Positions 59,001 through 64,000 of a DNA stretch of 64,000 nt are shown here, piece after piece. The DNA is taken from assembly GCF_009914755.1 (NCBI RefSeq), contig NC_060925.1. The stretch is one strand, 5' to 3'. A program made the position numbers and the translations under genes. The DNA is from the human T2T-CHM13v2.0 reference genome, Homo sapiens. Position 1 is the stretch's first letter, and every line of letters begins with the position of its first letter. The notes below the pieces were generated by a model. It worked only from the letters and a program-made list of their open reading frames with translations, searched no databases and was not told where the DNA came from.

Positions 59001-60711
59001 ACTTGATTTTGTCAAAGTTTTCTTAATATTTACTTCAGATTAAACTTTTTCCTGTTTTTAGCTATTTTAAAACTTCTCACCGGGTGTCTTTAGATTTCAT
59101 AATTGTCATATTCTTTAGAAGCATTTTACATTTGATATATTATTCTATTTTTTATACAATGTCTAACCATGCTCCAATAATAAATCATAAACTTTAATTG
59201 AAAGGAGCTATTGAACTCTAAACATAAAATACTTACCTACAAGCTATATCATGTAGTACTAACTGTAAAGACTTCCAAAAATTTTTATATGCTTCGTAAT
59301 AGGAAGATTATTTTGATAAGAAATGTTATTTATATACTAGTAAAATATTAAAGGTTTAGTTCGCAAAACTTTTTGAACAGCTGTTGTCTGGTCAAAGCTG
59401 TTCTCTGGTCAAAGCATTATACTAAATAACGCAATGAAAAACATTTTATCTGTCTTCATGAATGTTATATTGAATTAACAGATTATGAAAATAATTTATC
59501 ATAATACAAAATAAAATAAAGTAAGTAAAATAAGGTTAGTATAAGCAAAGAAAAATGATCAAATTATTCCAAACATAGGGACTGGGGAAGATTGTATATT
59601 AACCTCAAACAAAATATTTATCTCAGATTAGTGTAACTGTCTGTTCCTTCTCTGTCTTTCCCACTAAGCTGTGAATTTATATAAGTGGGCTGGTGAGATG
59701 AATTGAGTCTCCAGCTCAGTATTTCCTATGCCTACTACAGATTTCTGAGCTAACAGACAATCTTCTAGTCTTTAGGTTGATTAGGATGTAAATTATCCAC
59801 ATCTTAAAAGATGAGTGCCAGCTCTATAAAGGTCTTTCCAAGGTAAGTGAAAGGTGTTGGACTGATTGCACAAGTCTGTTGGTGTATGTTTAATGCTCCA
59901 CTTGAGGAATGTAGAAGGAAATGTTTCGCGAGTGAAGTATATAGTTAGTTTATAGTATAGAATGCCTTGATATCGTATAGAATGCCTTGAATCCCATACA
60001 ATAGAATCATATAATTACTCATTTTGTAAGTAAACTTCTGAGAATTGTCTTCGTAACAGCATAACATAATCTGAGAGGTCATCGGTTTATTGGGCTACAT
60101 AAGTCACATCTAAGTAATGGATTCTCATTACTAGCCTTGCTAACTCAGAAGATAAATGGGAAATCAAGAAATGGACTAATTTTGTTCTGTATTTCAATAA
60201 ACCACTTCCAGAAATAAGGGATTAAGGCAACTGGAATACATTTTTAAACCATACCCTTATTAAACATCTGTATTTTAGATAAAAATTATATTCCTTGAAT
60301 ATAAAAAATCCTCCTATATTGTTTCAATTAACAATTCTTTGGAAATACTGATTCTATGGTTACTTGCATCACACAAATCTAATCTTATTTGAAGCCCTGC
60401 ATTAGCTGAAGTGAATTCAAATCTGTTCAGTAAATATTTAATATATATCTAACTCAAAACTCAAAATTGAAATTCAGAATTGTGGAAGGCAATATCTCAG
60501 ATGTTGAGGGTAACCACTCAGTTTGAAGCCCCCTTCCTCACCCTACTAGAGTTTAACAATTTCTTCCATGCCTTGTCCAAGGTGAGAATTTATTACAAAT
60601 TTGAAACTGGAGGTCTTTACATGACTATAGATTTTACCATATGGCCACTTGGGAAAAAAATAGTAAAATTTCTAATAATTTTCTGAAATTAAACTGCTTT
60701 AAAAACCTACC

Positions 60712-63700
60712 AGAGACTTCCAGTTTTAACTCCAACATGTGAAAGCCTAGGAAGAACAAGAAAAACCTTGACACACTGAAAAATCAATGACTTTTCTTGG
60801 ATTCATCAACAACAGCCACTCCAAAATCGGGAGAGACAGGTGACTTCAGATAGTCAGATGAAATCTCCTTTCCTATAGCAGAAGCAGTAGAACCACAAAC
60901 TTGTAGAGATACTTACATTAATTTTGTTTAATTAATTTGAAAAAACCCTAAAATTGCCAAAACCATTCTAAGCAAAAAGAAGCCAAAGTTATTCTAAGCA
61001 GAAAGAACAAAACTGGAGGCATCACATTACTGAACTTCAAATTATACTACAGAGCTATAGTAACCAAAACAGCATGGCATAAAAACAGACATAAAACTGG
61101 CATAAAAACAGGCACATAGACCAATGGAGCAGAATAGAGAACTCAGAAAAAATTCACACACCTACAGTGAACTCATTTTTGACAAAGCTGCCAAAAACAT
61201 ACATTAAGGAAAAGACAGTCTCTTCAATAAATGGTGCTGGGTAAACTGGATCTATATGCAGAAGAATGAAACTAGACCCTCTTCTCTTGGCATATATCAA
61301 ATGAAATCAAAATGGATTCAAGATTTAAATCTAACATCTCAAATTACAAAACTATGACAAGAAAACGTTGAAGAAAATCCCCAGAACATTGGTTTGAGGA
61401 AAAATTTATTGAGAAATACCCCACAAGCCCAGATAACCAAAGCAAAATGGACAAATTGAGTCACATCAAGTAATAAAGCTTCTGCACAGCAGAGGATACA
61501 GTTAACAAAGTGAAGATGCAACCCACAGAATGAAAGAAAATGTTTGCAAACTACTCATCTGACAAGGGTTAATAATGAGAATATATAAGGAGCTCAAACA
61601 ACTTTGGAAAAAATCTAATAATCCCATCAAAAAATTGGCAAAAGATTCAAATAGACATTTCTCAAAAGAAATCATACAAATAGCAAACAGGCACATGAAA
61701 ATGTGCTCAATATCACTGTTCACCAGAGAAATGCAAATCAAAACTACAATGAGATATCTCTCACCATAGTTAAAATGGCTTATTTTATTGGCAATCATTT
61801 ATTGCCAAAAGACAGGCAATAACAAATGCTGGTGAGGATGTGGAGAAAAGGGAACACTTGTACACCATTGTGGGAATGTAAATTAGTACAATACTATAGA
61901 AAACAGTTTGGAGGTTTTTCAAACAAAATAAAAATGTAGCTACCATATGATCCAGCAATCCCACTGCTGGGTATGTATCCAAAAGAAAGGAAATAGTATA
62001 TCAAAGAGATATCTGCACTCCCATGCTTGTTGCAGCTCTGCTCACAATATATAAGACTTGGAAACAATCTAAATGCCCATCAACAGATGAACAGATAAAG
62101 AAAATGTAGTACATATACACAATGGAGTACTACATATACAGAGTGAAGAACTATTCATCTATAACAAAAGAATTCTGTCATTTGCAACAATATGTTTGAA
62201 ACTGGAGATCACTATGGTAAGTGAAATAAGCCAGGTGCAGAAAAACAAACATCACATATTCTTACTTATTTGTGGGATCTAAAACTCAAAATATTTGACC
62301 TCATGGACATGGAGAGTAGAAGGATGGTTACCAGAGACTGGGAAGAATAGTGGGGAAGTGTAAAGGGAAGGTGGAGGTGGTTAATGGGTACAAAAAAATA
62401 GAAAGAATGAATAAGACCTGCTATTTGATAGTGTAACAGGTTGACTATGGTCAATAATAACTTGATTGTACACTTAAAAATAACTAAAAGAGTATAATTG
62501 GATTGTTTGTAACACAAAGGATAAATGCTTGAGTGATAGACACCCTATTTCCTATGATGTGATTATTGTGCATTGCATGTCTATATCAAAACATCTCATG
62601 TACCCCATAAATATATATGCCTATGTCCCCAAAAAATTAAATATAAAAAATGTCAAATAAAAAATATTTTAATTAATTACTGGATGTTGAGTGTGAACTA
62701 CCACAAGTGTGAGAGAGTGTTGGGAGCCTCAAGCTTAAGAGAAACTCACACTTTCATTTCCTGTCTGAAGTGACACCAGATTCTCCCAGTGAAAATCTGA
62801 GAAAGCTGCCATTCTAAATATAGCCTAGTGAGGACAGAAGCAATCATTGTGAAACCTGCTAAGTGTCGTCTACATGAGAAAACCATTTCCCAGGGGGAAC
62901 GAATTTATCAGAGCCTTGTTCCAGGACCACGAGGGAAAGCCATTTGTTCTAGCCTCTTCTAGTCTTTCTGTCTGAACAGGTATGGGTGGCTTAGATGGAA
63001 AGATGGGAAGCTGTTTAAGAAGAAACATATTTGAAGGTCACAGTCAGAAATACAAATCCACTAAAAGGCTAAGACTTAATTGAAAGATTGTAAGTTGTTT
63101 TTCCTCTCATCATCTCACCAATAGGGCATCAGCATAATACTGAATTGCCACTTAAAAAGTTGCAATACATAGACTTTCTTCTCTAAGTAGAATAATTTAG
63201 TGAGTCTAGAAGATGGAAACAAAAATACCAGAGAAATGTGAAGACATTACCACTTCTACCTATAGCAAACATTAAACAAAGCCCAACACATAGCCACATA
63301 AACCAAAGTCCCATTTAATTCACTTTCTATTTCTTAGTACAACACATCCGGTTTTCCAAAATCAACAACAACAACAAAATGACAAGTCACACCAAAAGGC
63401 AAGGGAAATCATATTCTGAGGTGAAAAAGCTGTAATCAGAACTACCAGTACAGCAAACATTAAGAACAGCTCAAATCCTAACCATATTAACAAAGAACCT
63501 CACACTAGATGCCTATTACTTTAATTTATATTACCTGATACATTGTATCCAGGTTTCAACTAAGAAATATGAGTCCTGCTAAACGGGAAAAGGAAAACAC
63601 ATTGAATAGAAAAGAAAAGCAGCAGATCCAGACGCAGGTATGAGACAGATTTTGGAATCATCAGACAGAAAATAACCATGATTAATATGCTGAGGTCTCT

Positions 63701-64000
63701 AATGTAAAAAAAAAAAAAAAGACAACTTACAAGAACAGATGAGTTATAAAATCAGGTAAATGAAACAAAAAAAGAATCAAAATGAAATAATATAAATGTT
63801 TAAAAACTGGAAGAGAAATGAAGATGCTTTTGATAGGCTTATAAGTAGATTCAACATGACCAAGGATAGAATCAGTATGCTTAAAGACAGGTCAGTAGAA
63901 ACTCCAAACTTAATTGCAAAGAAAAAGCAGCTTAAGAAAAAGAAGAGAATATCCAAGGACTGCGGGAAATTTTCAAAAGGTTTAATGCAGAGGTAACTGG
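60712..64000 (+). mobile_element. Old L1M 5'UTR and start of ORF1 (60712-60937 and 62679-64000), split by an L1MA
   Basis: GACTTCCAGTTT start. ORF 63796-63996 (AFDRLISRFNMTKDRISMLKDRSVET) resembles the L1 ORF1p coiled coil. Confidence 0.75.
60938..62667 (+). mobile_element. 5'-truncated L1MA1/2-like element
   Basis: ORF2 C-terminal relics ([25 protein letters not shown]) and L1MA 3'UTR. TSD TTTAATTAATT at 60927-60937 and 62668-62678. Confidence 0.92.

Overview
This window is primate genomic DNA, most likely human: AT-rich, CpG-poor and dominated by interspersed repeats, as expected for a gene desert or a deep intron. I found no credible protein-coding gene, RNA gene, CpG island or prokaryotic-type system. 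Nearly all supplied ORFs are decayed L1 ORF1/ORF2 frames, Alu- or LTR-derived frames, or chance ORFs. The window holds about 15 L1 fragments (L1PA to L1ME age), about 10 Alus, 13 solo LTRs (MaLR THE1/MST/MLT1, LTR8-like, MER54-like), and MIR, L2 and CR1 relics, many of them nested and with readable target-site duplications (TSDs). The most notable structures are fossils of DNA repair and retrotransposition. (1) A ~135-bp inverted copy of local DNA (18059-18197 vs 19102-19234) is pasted into a TA/GA microsatellite inside a MIR, and a second microsatellite-plus-fold-back event occurs at ~47.5 kb. (2) A chimeric AluS/AluY lacks a TSD and has adjacent L1 sequence missing. (3) Two L1s are twin-primed, one with an unusually long (~80 bp) inverted duplication. 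(4) One L1MA carries a duplicated 3'UTR piece at its 5' end. A few unverified candidate exons and TF-motif palindromes lie in the unique sequence. Subfamily names come from recalled consensus sequences and need RepeatMasker/Dfam confirmation.
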